Shown: piece by piece, positions 16,547 to 26,106 of the stretch
Layout of the letters: every line of letters starts with the position of its first letter
Position numbering within the stretch: position 1 is the stretch's first letter
From: Vicinamibacterales bacterium
Lineage (GTDB): Bacteria > Acidobacteriota > Vicinamibacteria > Vicinamibacterales > Fen-181
Direction: 5' to 3'
Assembly (NCBI GenBank): GCA_041947015.1
Contig: JBHGBL010000011.1
Coordinates: 59,915-123,914 of the forward strand
DNA length: 64,000 nt
The notes under the pieces: model-generated
The model's database searches: none
What the model saw: only the letters and a program-made list of their open reading frames with translations
Told to the model about the DNA's origin: nothing
Program-made: the position numbers and the translations under genes

Positions 16547-19489
16547 ATGGCATTTCGTCCGAACTGGCGGCCCGGCCGGCGTCTGGCAGCAGCTTTGGCG
16601 TCCGCGGCCTTCGCCGGCTTTGCGCTCCACGCGGCTGTCGCCGCTGCGGCGCCGCAGCGGGGTCGGCAGCCGGCGCAGAAGATAGACGCCGAGTACACGG
16701 CCAAGATCAAGGAGTACACGCAGGATCCGCGCGTCATCACCGAGCTGGTCGATCACCTGCCTGCCTCCGACACCATCCCGTCGCCGCTCGAGTTCCTGGG
16801 CCGCGTCGCCGGAACGCCGGACGAGCTCACGTACTACAAGGACATGGTGCGCTATTTCGACGAGCTCGACAGGACGTCGAACCGGATGACCGTCTTCCGC
16901 ATCGGCAAGAGCGAGGAGGGCCGCGACATGATAGTCGCGGCGATTGCCGACGAGGCGACGATTAAGGCTCTGGACAAGTACAAGTCGATCACGGCGCAGC
17001 TCACCGATCCGCGCAGGCTGACCGAGGAGCAGGCAAGGCAGCTCATAGCGACCGGGAAACCGATCTACTGGGCGACGGGCAACCTGCACTCCGGCGAGAC
17101 CGGGAGCGCCGAGATGCAGATGGAGCTTGCCTTCCGCCTCATCGTCGAGGAGACGCCGTTCATCCAGAACATCAGGAACAACGTGATAACGCTGCTCACT
17201 CCGGTGGTCGAGGTGGACGGGCGCGAGAAGGTCGTGGACAACCTCTATTACCGGAAGAAGACCGGCCGGCAGATGCCGCTCGTCTACTGGGGGCAGTACG
17301 TTGCGCACGACAACAACCGCGACGGTCTCGGGGTCGGGCTCAAGCTGACCCAGAACATCCTGAAGACGTTCCTCGACTGGCACCCGCAGGTTCTCCACGA
17401 CCTCCACGAATCGGTGCCGTATCTCTACGTGTCGACGGGCGCCGGCCCCTACAACACCGAGATCGATCCGGTGCAGGTGGACGAGTGGTGGCTGCTCGCG
17501 AAGTACGAAGTCGCCGAGATGACCAAACGGGGGGTGCCCGGCGTATGGACCGGCGGCTTCTACGACGGGTGGACGCCCAACTACCTGTTCTGGATCGCCA
17601 ACAACCACAACTCGATCGGCCGCTTCTACGAGACGCAGAGCTACGGGCCGCAGAACCAGACGCTCAACACCGCCGCCACCGCGACGAGCAAGGAGTGGTA
17701 CCGGCCGAACCCGCCGCTCCCCCAGATCAAGTGGGGTCCGCGGAACAACGTCAACATCCAGCAGTCGGCGCTGCTTTTCGCTCTTCAGTTCGTTGCGAAG
17801 AACCGCGAGATGTTCCTGGAGAACTACTACCTGAAGAACAAGCGCGCGATCGAGCGCGGCAGGAGCCAGGCGCCCAACGCGTGGGTGATCCCGGCCTCGC
17901 AGCGGAGGCGCGCCGATGCGGCAGCACTCGTCAACCTGCTGAGGCTGCAGGGCGTGGAAGTCCACACGGCGAACGCAGCGTGGAGCGGCTCGGGTGTCCA
18001 GGTGGCGCCGGGTGACTACGTGGTGCGGATGGACCAGCCGTTCAGCAACCTGGTCGACATTTTCCTGGGAACCCAGTACTTCGCGCCTGCCAACCCCAAC
18101 CCGTACGACGATACGGGATGGTCGCTGCCGCTGCTGCGCAACGTCAAGGCCCACAGCGTCGACAACACCGCTATCCTCGACCAGCCGATGACCCTTTTGA
18201 CCGCGGATGCGGCAGTGCCTGGCGCGATAAACGGCAGCGGCAGCGTACTGATCGTGGAGCACACCGGCGAGATGACGATCGCCCCGTTCCGGTTCGCAAA
18301 TGCGAAGGTGAAGATGCTGGCGGCCGAAGAACCCTTCGATGCGGCGGGACGCCGGTTCGTGGCCGGCTCCATCATCATACCGAACGCTGACCGCGCGGCG
18401 CTGGAGCCGTCGATCCGCGAGCACGGGTTGACGGCCTGGGCGGTCGCTTCGCAGCCGGCCGTGGCCACGCACGACCTCGACGTGCCCCGCATCGGCTACG
18501 TCCACTCGTGGTCTCGCACGCAGGACGAGGGCTGGGTGCGCATGGCCTTCGACAAGCTGAAGATCCCCTACACGTACTTCGGTGACACGAAGCTGCGCGA
18601 GCCGAACCTGCGGCAGAAGTTCGACGTCATCATCTTCCCGCACGTTGGAGGGACCGCACAGTCCCAGGTTGCCGGCGTGGCTATGACGGGCGAGCCGATC
18701 CCGTACAAGAAGACGGAGCTGACGCCCAACCTCGGCGTCCAGGACTCGGCCGATGACATTCGTGGGGGGATGGGCTTCGAGGGCCTGGTGAACCTGATGA
18801 AGTTCGTCGAGGAGGGCGGCCTGCTCATCACCGAGGGATCGACATCGCTGATCTTCCCGGGCTACAACCTGCTGCCTGGCGTGACGATCGAAGAGCCGGC
18901 AGGCCTCTTCGCGCGCGGCGTGGTGATGAAGGGCATCTTCGCCGACCGGCGGAGCCCGATTGCCTACGGGTACGACAACGACAACCTCGCTGTCTATTTC
19001 AGCTCAGGTCCGGTCATCAACGCGGGCGGCGCCGGCTTCGGCGGGCGCGGCGGCGGCGGGATCCCTGGCGTCGGCCAGAACCTCACGCCGAACGCAACGC
19101 CTCCCACGCTGACGACGCTCGAGGGCAAGCCTTCCGGGCGCGGCACGGGCGCACAAACCGGGCCCGGTGCGCCGGCGGGGCGAGGCGCTGGTGCCGGCGG
19201 CGGCCGAGGCGCGGCGGGAGGACCTGCTGCCGGCCCGCGCGTCATCCTGCGATTCCCGACCGACCCGGATGACATGCTCTTGAGCGGCGGCCTCGTCGGA
19301 CAGGAGGCGCTGGTCGGCCGCGCGCTGGTTGTGGACTCGCAGGTCGGGAAGGGGCACGTGGTCTCATTCGCCAACCGGCCGTACTGGCGGATGCAGACCT
19401 ATGGCAGCTTCAACCTCGGGTTCAACGCGATCCTCAACTGGAACGACTTGAACGCGGGTCGCGGTGCGGCGACCGGACCGACGAACTAG
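16547..19489 (+). CDS. Large secreted M14-family zinc carboxypeptidase-like protein
   Basis: Signal peptide. HxxE zinc motif in GNLHSGETGSAEMQMELAFRL. It is a paralog of 28751-31780. Confidence 0.85.
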   Translation: MAFRPNWRPGRRLAAALASAAFAGFALHAAVAAAAPQRGRQPAQKIDAEYTAKIKEYTQDPRVITELVDHLPASDTIPSPLEFLGRVAGTPDELTYYKDMVRYFDELDRTSNRMTVFRIGKSEEGRDMIVAAIADEATIKALDKYKSITAQLTDPRRLTEEQARQLIATGKPIYWATGNLHSGETGSAEMQMELAFRLIVEETPFIQNIRNNVITLLTPVVEVDGREKVVDNLYYRKKTGRQMPLVYWGQYVAHDNNRDGLGVGLKLTQNILKTFLDWHPQVLHDLHESVPYLYVSTGAGPYNTEIDPVQVDEWWLLAKYEVAEMTKRGVPGVWTGGFYDGWTPNYLFWIANNHNSIGRFYETQSYGPQNQTLNTAATATSKEWYRPNPPLPQIKWGPRNNVNIQQSALLFALQFVAKNREMFLENYYLKNKRAIERGRSQAPNAWVIPASQRRRADAAALVNLLRLQGVEVHTANAAWSGSGVQVAPGDYVVRMDQPFSNLVDIFLGTQYFAPANPNPYDDTGWSLPLLRNVKAHSVDNTAILDQPMTLLTADAAVPGAINGSGSVLIVEHTGEMTIAPFRFANAKVKMLAAEEPFDAAGRRFVAGSIIIPNADRAALEPSIREHGLTAWAVASQPAVATHDLDVPRIGYVHSWSRTQDEGWVRMAFDKLKIPYTYFGDTKLREPNLRQKFDVIIFPHVGGTAQSQVAGVAMTGEPIPYKKTELTPNLGVQDSADDIRGGMGFEGLVNLMKFVEEGGLLITEGSTSLIFPGYNLLPGVTIEEPAGLFARGVVMKGIFADRRSPIAYGYDNDNLAVYFSSGPVINAGGAGFGGRGGGGIPGVGQNLTPNATPPTLTTLEGKPSGRGTGAQTGPGAPAGRGAGAGGGRGAAGGPAAGPRVILRFPTDPDDMLLSGGLVGQEALVGRALVVDSQVGKGHVVSFANRPYWRMQTYGSFNLGFNAILNWNDLNAGRGAATGPTN

Positions 19490-19623
19490 GTGGAAAGAGA
19501 GACGCGGGCGCAGTGGCGGACAGGGCTTTTCAGCCGATACGCGGGGTGTCGGCTGCCGGGCGGCCGGCAACAGCACATCTCATCTTGACTAGCGGTTGGG
19601 ATTCGTAAGATAAGACCCTAGCC

Positions 19624-20715
19624 ATGCTGACGCCGCTCGAAGCCATCATGGGTCTCCTGCTGGCGATGTCGCCGGCCTGGGACGGCCTTCCGCCCGCGTT
19701 TCCCCCTCCTGAAGCCACGGCAAGCGGTTCCGTCGAGCGGGCCGCGATACCGTCGTCGTTCCTCGAGCTGAGCGACGAAGAGCTCCGGAGGGTAGTCGCA
19801 GCCGACCCGTCGTCGCTCGGTTCGCTGTCGATCGGCGCACCCGGGGGCGGCATTCTGCTGAACCCGGTCAGCCTTCCCGAAAGCCCGCGCTGGCAGGTCG
19901 CGCCGGGCGCCGAGTTGTGGGGGACTGCGGAGACGATTTCTGCGATCAAGGTGGTCATCGACACCGTCCACGAGCTTTTTCCCGGGACGCAACCTGTCTA
20001 CGTCGGTGACATCAGCGACTCGGATGGCGGGCGGCTCAAGCGGCACGAGACGCACCAGGCCGGGCGCGACGTCGACTTCGGCTTCTACTACAAGGACAGG
20101 ACCGGCCCGTGGTACGCGCCGGGCACGGCTGCCAACCTGGACCTGCCTCGCAACTGGGCCCTTGTTCGCGCGCTCCTGACGCGCACCGACGTCGAGACGA
20201 TCCTGCTGGACACGAGGATCCAAAAGCTGCTCCACAAGTACGCGCTCTCGATCGGCGAGGACAGGGAGTGGCTGGATAGGGTCTTCCAGTTCCCGCGCGG
20301 CTCCAAGGACGCGATCATCCGCCACGTACGCCTCCACAGGACGCACTACCACGTTCGGTTCTACAACCCTGTCGCGCAGGAGCTCGGGCGAAGGGCGCAC
20401 CCCATGCTCGTCGAGGCCAAGGTGATCGAACCACCCGTCTTCTCGGTACGGCACGTCGTCCGTAACGGGCAGACACTCGGGCACCTTGCCAGACTGTACG
20501 GCACATCCGTGCGAGCCATCCAACAGGCCAACGGGTTGCGCGGCACGATGCTGAGGGCGGGACGCGCGTATCGAATCCCGGTCCGCGGCGTCGCGCCGCC
20601 TTCGCAGCGGCTCGTCGTTCCTCGCAGGATGCTCCCGCCGACGACGCCCGAGGCGGTTGCAGCCGTAGACTGGCCGACGGTCGATTCCCTGTACGGCCCG
20701 GACGCGGGTCGCTGA
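19624..20715 (+). CDS. mepA: Penicillin-insensitive murein endopeptidase (M74, MepA-like) with a C-terminal LysM domain
   Basis: HETHQAGRDVDF and HRTHYHVRF metal motifs. LysM-like segment HVVRNGQTLGHLARLYGTSVRAIQQANGL. Confidence 0.8.
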   Translation: MLTPLEAIMGLLLAMSPAWDGLPPAFPPPEATASGSVERAAIPSSFLELSDEELRRVVAADPSSLGSLSIGAPGGGILLNPVSLPESPRWQVAPGAELWGTAETISAIKVVIDTVHELFPGTQPVYVGDISDSDGGRLKRHETHQAGRDVDFGFYYKDRTGPWYAPGTAANLDLPRNWALVRALLTRTDVETILLDTRIQKLLHKYALSIGEDREWLDRVFQFPRGSKDAIIRHVRLHRTHYHVRFYNPVAQELGRRAHPMLVEAKVIEPPVFSVRHVVRNGQTLGHLARLYGTSVRAIQQANGLRGTMLRAGRAYRIPVRGVAPPSQRLVVPRRMLPPTTPEAVAAVDWPTVDSLYGPDAGR

Positions 20716-20733
20716 CAGCAGCGCGAAATCGAA

Positions 20734-20798
20734 AAGGCTCGGAACCCCGGAACGAAGAGGCGGCCCCGCGCCGCGTTTCGTCCCACGCGCCGAGCCTT
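20734..20798 (+). terminator. Structured element after mepA
   Basis: AAGGCTCGG (20734-42) pairs with CCGAGCCTT (20790-98). It encloses an inner GCGGC/GCCGC stem followed by GTTTCGT. Confidence 0.3.
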
Positions 20799-20865
20799 CC
20801 GGCCGAACGCGCTAGAATGGACGCGGGCGCTTTCCGCAGGAAAGGTCGGGCATGAGGAGGTTCAC

Positions 20866-21405
20866 ATGAAGCGATGGGTGCTCGTGTGCCTGTGGTTGCT
20901 GGCGACGGGATTCGTCTCCGGCAGTATCGCCGCGGCCCAGGAGAAGCCGGCCGGCATGGGCGGTTCCGCGATACATCAATCGCCAGAGTGGCGGAAGATC
21001 AAGTCGCTCGTCGGTGAATGGGAGAGCTCAATCGATCTCGATGGCAAGAAAGTGCCGACCCGAATCGAAGTCCGACTGACCGGCGACGCTTCGGCGGTGA
21101 TGCACGTCATCGACAGGGACACGCCGCACGAGATGGTCACGATGTTCCACCCGGACGGCAAGCGGTTGATCGCCACGCATTACTGCTCGGCCCACAACCA
21201 GCCGCGAATGGAGCTCGTCCCATCTCGAGACCCGAACAAGGTGGCGTTCAGGTTCTTCGATGGCACGAACATCGCGCCGGGTGACGGGCACATGAGCGGG
21301 GTGGTCATCACGTTCATCGACGCCAACCGGCACGACGAGACGTGGACGTTCCTTTCGAAGGGCAAGGAAGAGAGCACCACGTTCAGTTACACGCGGAAGA
21401 AGTGA
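20866..21405 (+). CDS. Secreted protein of unknown function
   Basis: Signal peptide MKRWVLVCLWLLATGFVSGSIAAAQE, SD GAGGAGG, and high third-position GC. Confidence 0.6.
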   Translation: MKRWVLVCLWLLATGFVSGSIAAAQEKPAGMGGSAIHQSPEWRKIKSLVGEWESSIDLDGKKVPTRIEVRLTGDASAVMHVIDRDTPHEMVTMFHPDGKRLIATHYCSAHNQPRMELVPSRDPNKVAFRFFDGTNIAPGDGHMSGVVITFIDANRHDETWTFLSKGKEESTTFSYTRKK

Positions 21406-21488
21406 TTCGGCCGGGCGATTCGCCCCCGCCAGACGAGGCCACGAAGATACCGAGGCACGAAGCGACCCTGCGGGATTCGCCTGCTCGG

Positions 21489-21842
21489 ATGCGAACTGGA
21501 CGAGGTGTTGCCGTGAGAATCGAGGACGTTCCCTTCGAAGTGACCGACTGGAGCAGCGTGCCGCGGACGGAGCACCGCGGCGAGACCGGCACGGCGTGGT
21601 GGCGCACGCGCGAAATTGGAAACATCCGCGTGCGAATGGTCGAGTACTCCCCGGGATACCTGGCCGACCACTGGTGCTCGCGCGGGCATGTGCTCCTCGT
21701 GCTCGAAGGGGAACTCGTCACGGAACTGCGGGACGGCTCCGTTCACACGCTCAGCGCGGGGCAGAGCTATCAGGTGGCCGACGCCGTGGCCCCGCACCGG
21801 TCGCGCACCTCGACCGGTGCAAGGCTGTTCATCGTCGATTGA
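21489..21842 (+). CDS. Cupin-fold protein (DHCW-motif type)
   Basis: YLADHWCSRGHVLLVLEGEL and SYQVAD cupin strands. Start uncertain (ATG 21489 or GTG 21513). Confidence 0.7.
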   Translation: MRTGRGVAVRIEDVPFEVTDWSSVPRTEHRGETGTAWWRTREIGNIRVRMVEYSPGYLADHWCSRGHVLLVLEGELVTELRDGSVHTLSAGQSYQVADAVAPHRSRTSTGARLFIVD

Positions 21843-22079
21843 AGACGGGCTGCGGCCTTCCTCCGCCTTCACTTCGAGGGGGCAGCGGGAGGTATCCCAT
21901 GCTTGTCGTTGCTCGGACGTGGCCTCGAGCGCATCGCCGCGGAGCTACCTCTTGCGCCGCCCGGGTGTCTCCAATCGTGCGAACGAACCACGGCGTGGCA
22001 GTCGTTCAGATTGTGCGTCGCAGGAGACCGGGCTGCGGGACAGGTCGCCTCGGGGGTTTCAAGTTTAGAGGAGGCATGC

Positions 22080-23636
22080 ATGGCGGGACAGGCGACTGGC
22101 GGGGCCGGCGCGCACATCGAGGCGGGAGGTCGGGCGGCCGGCGTGCGCATACTCGACAACTACGTCGGCGGCACGTGGGTCGCCTCATCCGCGCTCACGC
22201 TTTTCGATGTGGCGAACCCTGCCAGCGGCGAGGTCATTGCCCGGGTGCCCATGTCGGGCTCCGCAGAGGTGGCTGCCGCAGTCGCTGCGGCCAGCGCCGC
22301 GCTGCCGGCCTGGCGATCGGCCCCGGTGAGCGAGCGCACCGGGCTGCTCTTCGCTCTGCGAGAGCGGTTCCGGGCGCGGCTCGAGGAACTGGCCTTTTCG
22401 ATCACGCGCGAGGCCGGGAAGACGCTGCCTGACGCGAGGGCCGAGGTTGTTCGGGCGGTCGAGGTTCTCGAGGCCGCGTGCGCCACCCCGATGACCATCC
22501 AGGGCCGTGTTCTCGAAGGTGTTGCGAAAGGAATCGACACAGAGACGGTGCGGCAGGCGGTTGGCGTGGCGGCGGCAATCACGCCGTTCAATTTTCCGGT
22601 GATGGTTCCCATGTGGTTCCTCCCGTTCGCCATCGCATGCGGCAACACGTTCCTGCTCAAGCCTTCCGAGCAGGCACCGCTCTCGGCTGCCCTCGTCGTG
22701 CAGATGCTGGAGGAGTGCGGCCTTCCGGCAGGCGTGGTCAACCTCGTGAACGGTGGTGCGGACGCCGTCGACGCGATCCTCGACGATCCCGGCGTCTCCG
22801 CGGTGTCCTTCGTGGGTTCGGTTGCGACCGCCAGGTATGTCTACCGCCGGGCGGCCGAGCGCGGGAAGCGCGTCCAGGCGCTCGGCGGTGCCAAGAACTT
22901 CATGGTGGTGATGCCGGACGCTGTCGTCGACAAGACCGTCTCGAACATCATCGGCAGCGCCTTCGGCAACGCCGGTCAGCGGTGCATGGCCGGCTCCGTG
23001 CTCCTGACGGTGGGCTCGGCGCGCGAGGCAGTCCTGCCGGCCGTCGTGGCGGCTACGCGCAGACTGACGGTCGGCGATGGAGCCCTCCCCGGAGTGGACG
23101 TCGGCCCAGTGATCTCGCGGGCGGCCTGCGACCGCATACATGGTTGCATCGATCGCGCAGAGGCAGAGGGAGCGCGAGTGCTCGTGGACGGCCGGCGGCC
23201 GCCGGGCGTTCCCGAAGGAGGCTTCTTCGTCGGGCCCACGATCCTCGATGGTGTACGGCCCGGGATGTCCGCCGCCAAGGAGGAGATCTTCGGTCCGGTT
23301 CTGTCCCTGATGCACGCGGGGACTCTTGACGAGGCAATCCGCCTCGTCAACTCGGACGAGCGCGGCAACGGGACGTCCATCTTCACCGAGAGCGGGGCCG
23401 CAGTCAGGGAGTTCACGAGGCGGGTGGAGGTGGGGATGATCGGCGTGAACATCGGCGTTGCAGCCTCGCCGGCGTTCTTCCCGTTCTCGGGGTGGAAGGA
23501 TTCCTTCTTCGGCGACCTGCACGCCCACGGCCTCGACGCGGTCGAGTTCTTCACGCGCCAGAAGACGATCACATCGCGCTACTTTTCGAAGGGTGCGGCC
23601 GGGGCGTACTTCGTGGAACACGGCGAGAAGCGCTGA
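22080..23636 (+). CDS. mmsA: CoA-acylating methylmalonate-semialdehyde dehydrogenase
   Basis: ALDH fold with FGNAGQRCMA catalytic Cys context, ending in the KTITSRYF tail. SD AGAGGAGG precedes ATG 22080. Confidence 0.9.
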   Translation: MAGQATGGAGAHIEAGGRAAGVRILDNYVGGTWVASSALTLFDVANPASGEVIARVPMSGSAEVAAAVAAASAALPAWRSAPVSERTGLLFALRERFRARLEELAFSITREAGKTLPDARAEVVRAVEVLEAACATPMTIQGRVLEGVAKGIDTETVRQAVGVAAAITPFNFPVMVPMWFLPFAIACGNTFLLKPSEQAPLSAALVVQMLEECGLPAGVVNLVNGGADAVDAILDDPGVSAVSFVGSVATARYVYRRAAERGKRVQALGGAKNFMVVMPDAVVDKTVSNIIGSAFGNAGQRCMAGSVLLTVGSAREAVLPAVVAATRRLTVGDGALPGVDVGPVISRAACDRIHGCIDRAEAEGARVLVDGRRPPGVPEGGFFVGPTILDGVRPGMSAAKEEIFGPVLSLMHAGTLDEAIRLVNSDERGNGTSIFTESGAAVREFTRRVEVGMIGVNIGVAASPAFFPFSGWKDSFFGDLHAHGLDAVEFFTRQKTITSRYFSKGAAGAYFVEHGEKR

Positions 23637-23693
23637 CGCGGTCGGGCCCTCGATGAAGGCCGGCAACAGAACGACCAGAGCCGACCGGTCCCT

Positions 23694-23885
23694 CTAATGG
23701 CTGTACTTCGTCAGGCCGTACTTCTGTGCCAGGGCGCGGCGCTCGCTGTCCGGCAGCGAGAGCATGTATGCCTTGAACCCTGGACACCACCCCGCGTGCC
23801 AGCGCCACAGCCTTCCGAGCAGCGAGGTGGGCCTGTTGTCGTACTTCGCCCTGAACTTGCAGCTCGCGCACGCTTGTTCCGCCAT
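23694..23885 (-). CDS. Small conserved Cys-containing protein of unknown function (63 aa)
   Basis: MAEQACASCKFRAKYDNRPTSLLGRLWRWHAGWCPGFKAYM. SD GGAAGGGAGG. It lies downstream of the aminotransferase on the same strand. Confidence 0.55.
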   Translation of the reverse strand: MAEQACASCKFRAKYDNRPTSLLGRLWRWHAGWCPGFKAYMLSLPDSERRALAQKYGLTKYSH

Positions 23886-23993
23886 TTCCGCGCCTCCCTT
23901 CCGGGGGTTGCCGCTCGCGCCAGCCAGGTCTCGAAGCTCGCGTCCAGCGGCGAAAGGCACTGAAGGGCGCCCACTCTGTCGACGGCGGCCCGA

Positions 23994-25115
23994 TCAGGCC
24001 AGGGACTGAAGTTCGCTGCCCAGCCGGTCCATCTCTTCCTGAAGGCCGATGCTCGCGCGGATCCACTGCCTGCCGCCGAACTCGTACGGCCGGACCAGGA
24101 TACTGCGCGCGCGCAGTTCTTGGGCGAAGGCTGTGGAGGGGCGGCGGACCTGGAACAGGACGAAGTTCGTCTGTGAAGGTATCCACGAGTAGTGGAGGCG
24201 GTCGAGAAGGCCGCAGAAGCGCGCCTTCACCTCGAGGTTGTTGCGTTTGTACCGCTCGACGAAAGCGGTGTCGCGATAGCTCGCCAGTGCGGCGGCAAGG
24301 CTCAGCTCGCTGATGGGAGCGAAATTCGTCTGAATGCGGCGCAGGCTCGCGACGACCTCCGGCGGAGCGATGCCGTAGCCAATCCGCAAACCCGCCAGGC
24401 CGTAGACCTTCGAGAAGGTGCGCGTGACGATGACCTTCCGCCCGGCACGGACCTGGTCGATCATGGACGCGTGGCTCGGGTCGTCCACGAGTTCGAAGTA
24501 GGCCTCATCTACAGCCACTACGGCTTGCCGCGCTACCTCCTGGCAGAATTCGCGCAGGCGGCCGCCGGGGACGATCGTCCCGGTGGGATTGTGGGGGTTG
24601 CACACATAGACCAACCCGGTCCCGCGGCCGCACCGGCGCTCCATCGCCGAGAGATCATGACGATGGTCGGCATCGACGGCGACGCTCTGCAGCTTCCCCC
24701 TGGCGCTGCGCACGAAGTCCACGAAGTCGAAATAGCCCGGATCGGCCGCGACCACTTCCTTGCCCTCCGAACCGTACGAGAGCGTCGCCAGGCTCAGGAT
24801 TTCGGCCGAGCCCGCACCGAGGATGACGTGCTCCTTCGTGACGCTCTCCCTTTCGGCGATCGCGTTCCTGAGCTTCTCGTAGCTCTCGGCGGGGTATCGG
24901 TGGGCCCATCCTAGTGCATCCACGATTGCCTGCTCAGCAGCCTCGGAGATGCCATAGGGATTCTCATTCTGGTTCAGAAGCAGCACGCCGGCCGGCGCCG
25001 AGCCGGGCCTCGACGATTGCGCACGGCTGCGAACGCAGCCGAGGGCGGCGCCCGCCAAGGCGGCCGATCGCAGGAATTCGCGGCGCTGTATCCGAAATGC
25101 GGTCTTCGTTTCCAA
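23994..25115 (-). CDS. Class I/II PLP aminotransferase (HisC-like) with a twin-arginine signal
   Basis: N-terminus METKTAFRIQRREFLRSAALAGAALG. PLP lysine context TFSKVYGLAGLRIGY. Confidence 0.85.
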   Translation of the reverse strand: METKTAFRIQRREFLRSAALAGAALGCVRSRAQSSRPGSAPAGVLLLNQNENPYGISEAAEQAIVDALGWAHRYPAESYEKLRNAIAERESVTKEHVILGAGSAEILSLATLSYGSEGKEVVAADPGYFDFVDFVRSARGKLQSVAVDADHRHDLSAMERRCGRGTGLVYVCNPHNPTGTIVPGGRLREFCQEVARQAVVAVDEAYFELVDDPSHASMIDQVRAGRKVIVTRTFSKVYGLAGLRIGYGIAPPEVVASLRRIQTNFAPISELSLAAALASYRDTAFVERYKRNNLEVKARFCGLLDRLHYSWIPSQTNFVLFQVRRPSTAFAQELRARSILVRPYEFGGRQWIRASIGLQEEMDRLGSELQSLA

Positions 25116-25159
25116 GGCGGCCTCTCGAGCGCGCTTCGACGCGCGCCCGCTGCGTCCGG

Positions 25160-25873
25160 CTATTTCAGGTTCCGGACCCGGACCTCGATTCCGGAATCGG
25201 CCAGGAGCGCCCTCAGTTTCGACGTATCGGACGAACCGTAATGGTACGGGTAGAGCACCTTCGGCGAGAACGACTTCGCGGCCTCGGCCACCATCTCCGG
25301 TGTCATCGTGTAGGGGAGGTTCATCGGGAGGAACGCAACGTCTATCTTCTGCAGTGCTGCCATCTCCGGGATGTTCTCGGTGTCTCCAGCGACATAGACC
25401 CTCTTGTCGCCGAACGTGATGACGTACCCGTTCCCGTCTCCCTTCGGGTGGAACGGTTTGCTCACGTTGTAGGCGGGGACCGCTCCTACTCGTACTCCAG
25501 CCGCGACGCGCTCGTCGCCGTTCTTCATCGCCTCCATGCCGGCGACCTTCGATGCCGATGAGGCGTTGCCGATGAGCAGCGTGCCGGCCTTGCGCACCGC
25601 CTCGAGCGCCTTAGGGTCGAGGTGGTCGCCGTGCGTGTGCGTCACGAGGACGACGTCCGCCTTCGGCAGCGAGGCGTAGTTCGCGTACTGCGACACAGGA
25701 TCGACGTGAATGACCTTTCCGGCGTGCTCGAACATCAAAGTACCGTGCCCGATGAAGGTGATACGCAGTTCGCCGGACGAGGTCGGGAATGTGTCGGTCT
25801 CGAACGGCGCCTGGGCGAAGGCGGAAGCGACGGCGACAACCAACAGCAACGAGAGAAGGACGATCTGGCGCAT
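25160..25873 (-). CDS. Secreted MBL-fold metallo-hydrolase
   Basis: Signal MRQIVLLSLLLVVAVASAFA, THTHGDHLD motif, and SD GGAGGAA before ATG 25873. Confidence 0.8.
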   Translation of the reverse strand: MRQIVLLSLLLVVAVASAFAQAPFETDTFPTSSGELRITFIGHGTLMFEHAGKVIHVDPVSQYANYASLPKADVVLVTHTHGDHLDPKALEAVRKAGTLLIGNASSASKVAGMEAMKNGDERVAAGVRVGAVPAYNVSKPFHPKGDGNGYVITFGDKRVYVAGDTENIPEMAALQKIDVAFLPMNLPYTMTPEMVAEAAKSFSPKVLYPYHYGSSDTSKLRALLADSGIEVRVRNLK

Positions 25874-26106
25874 TGGTTCCTCCAGGTTTCGTATATCACA
25901 CATCGCGCGTGCAGGGGTGCTCGCGTCTCGAGCCGGGTGACAGCGACCCGGCCACCCGCGCGTCCCGCGTGCTATCCTTCTGGCGCTCTGGACGGGCGGA
26001 CGCCGGGAAGCGGACGCCGGCCGGACTCGCGCGGCGCATGCAGGACTGGCGACGCCGGGCCGACGACACCGAAGTGAAACCGAGCGGAGGTCAAAGGAAG
26101 GACCCG

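Noticed and set aside
16514-18643. A 709-aa minus-strand ORF antisense to the M14 peptidase gene. Similar long shadow ORFs include 1978-3366, 4069-5433, 6309-7673, 8387-10069, 11562-12947, 19618-20523, 22185-23666, 26611-28107, 29366-31876, 31915-33120, 37065-38750, 43316-45367, 47550-48932, 49746-51401 and 55599-56570.
   Set aside because: They have Arg/Pro/Gly/His-rich, low-information translations with no family motifs. Each lies opposite to, or out of frame with, a gene carrying clear motifs. This is the expected artefact of very high GC content.
19585-19611. A sigma-70-like promoter, TTGACT ... TAAGAT, upstream of mepA.
   Set aside because: The spacer is only 15 nt for that hexamer pair, and the alternative -10 hexamers are poor. 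It is too weak to list as a feature.
21342-21488. The upstream extension of the cupin ORF, which overlaps the end of the preceding gene.
   Set aside because: The extension (MDVPFEGQGREHHVQLHAEE...) overlaps gene 20866-21405 in another frame and adds no cupin sequence. The internal starts at 21489 or 21513 fit the family length.
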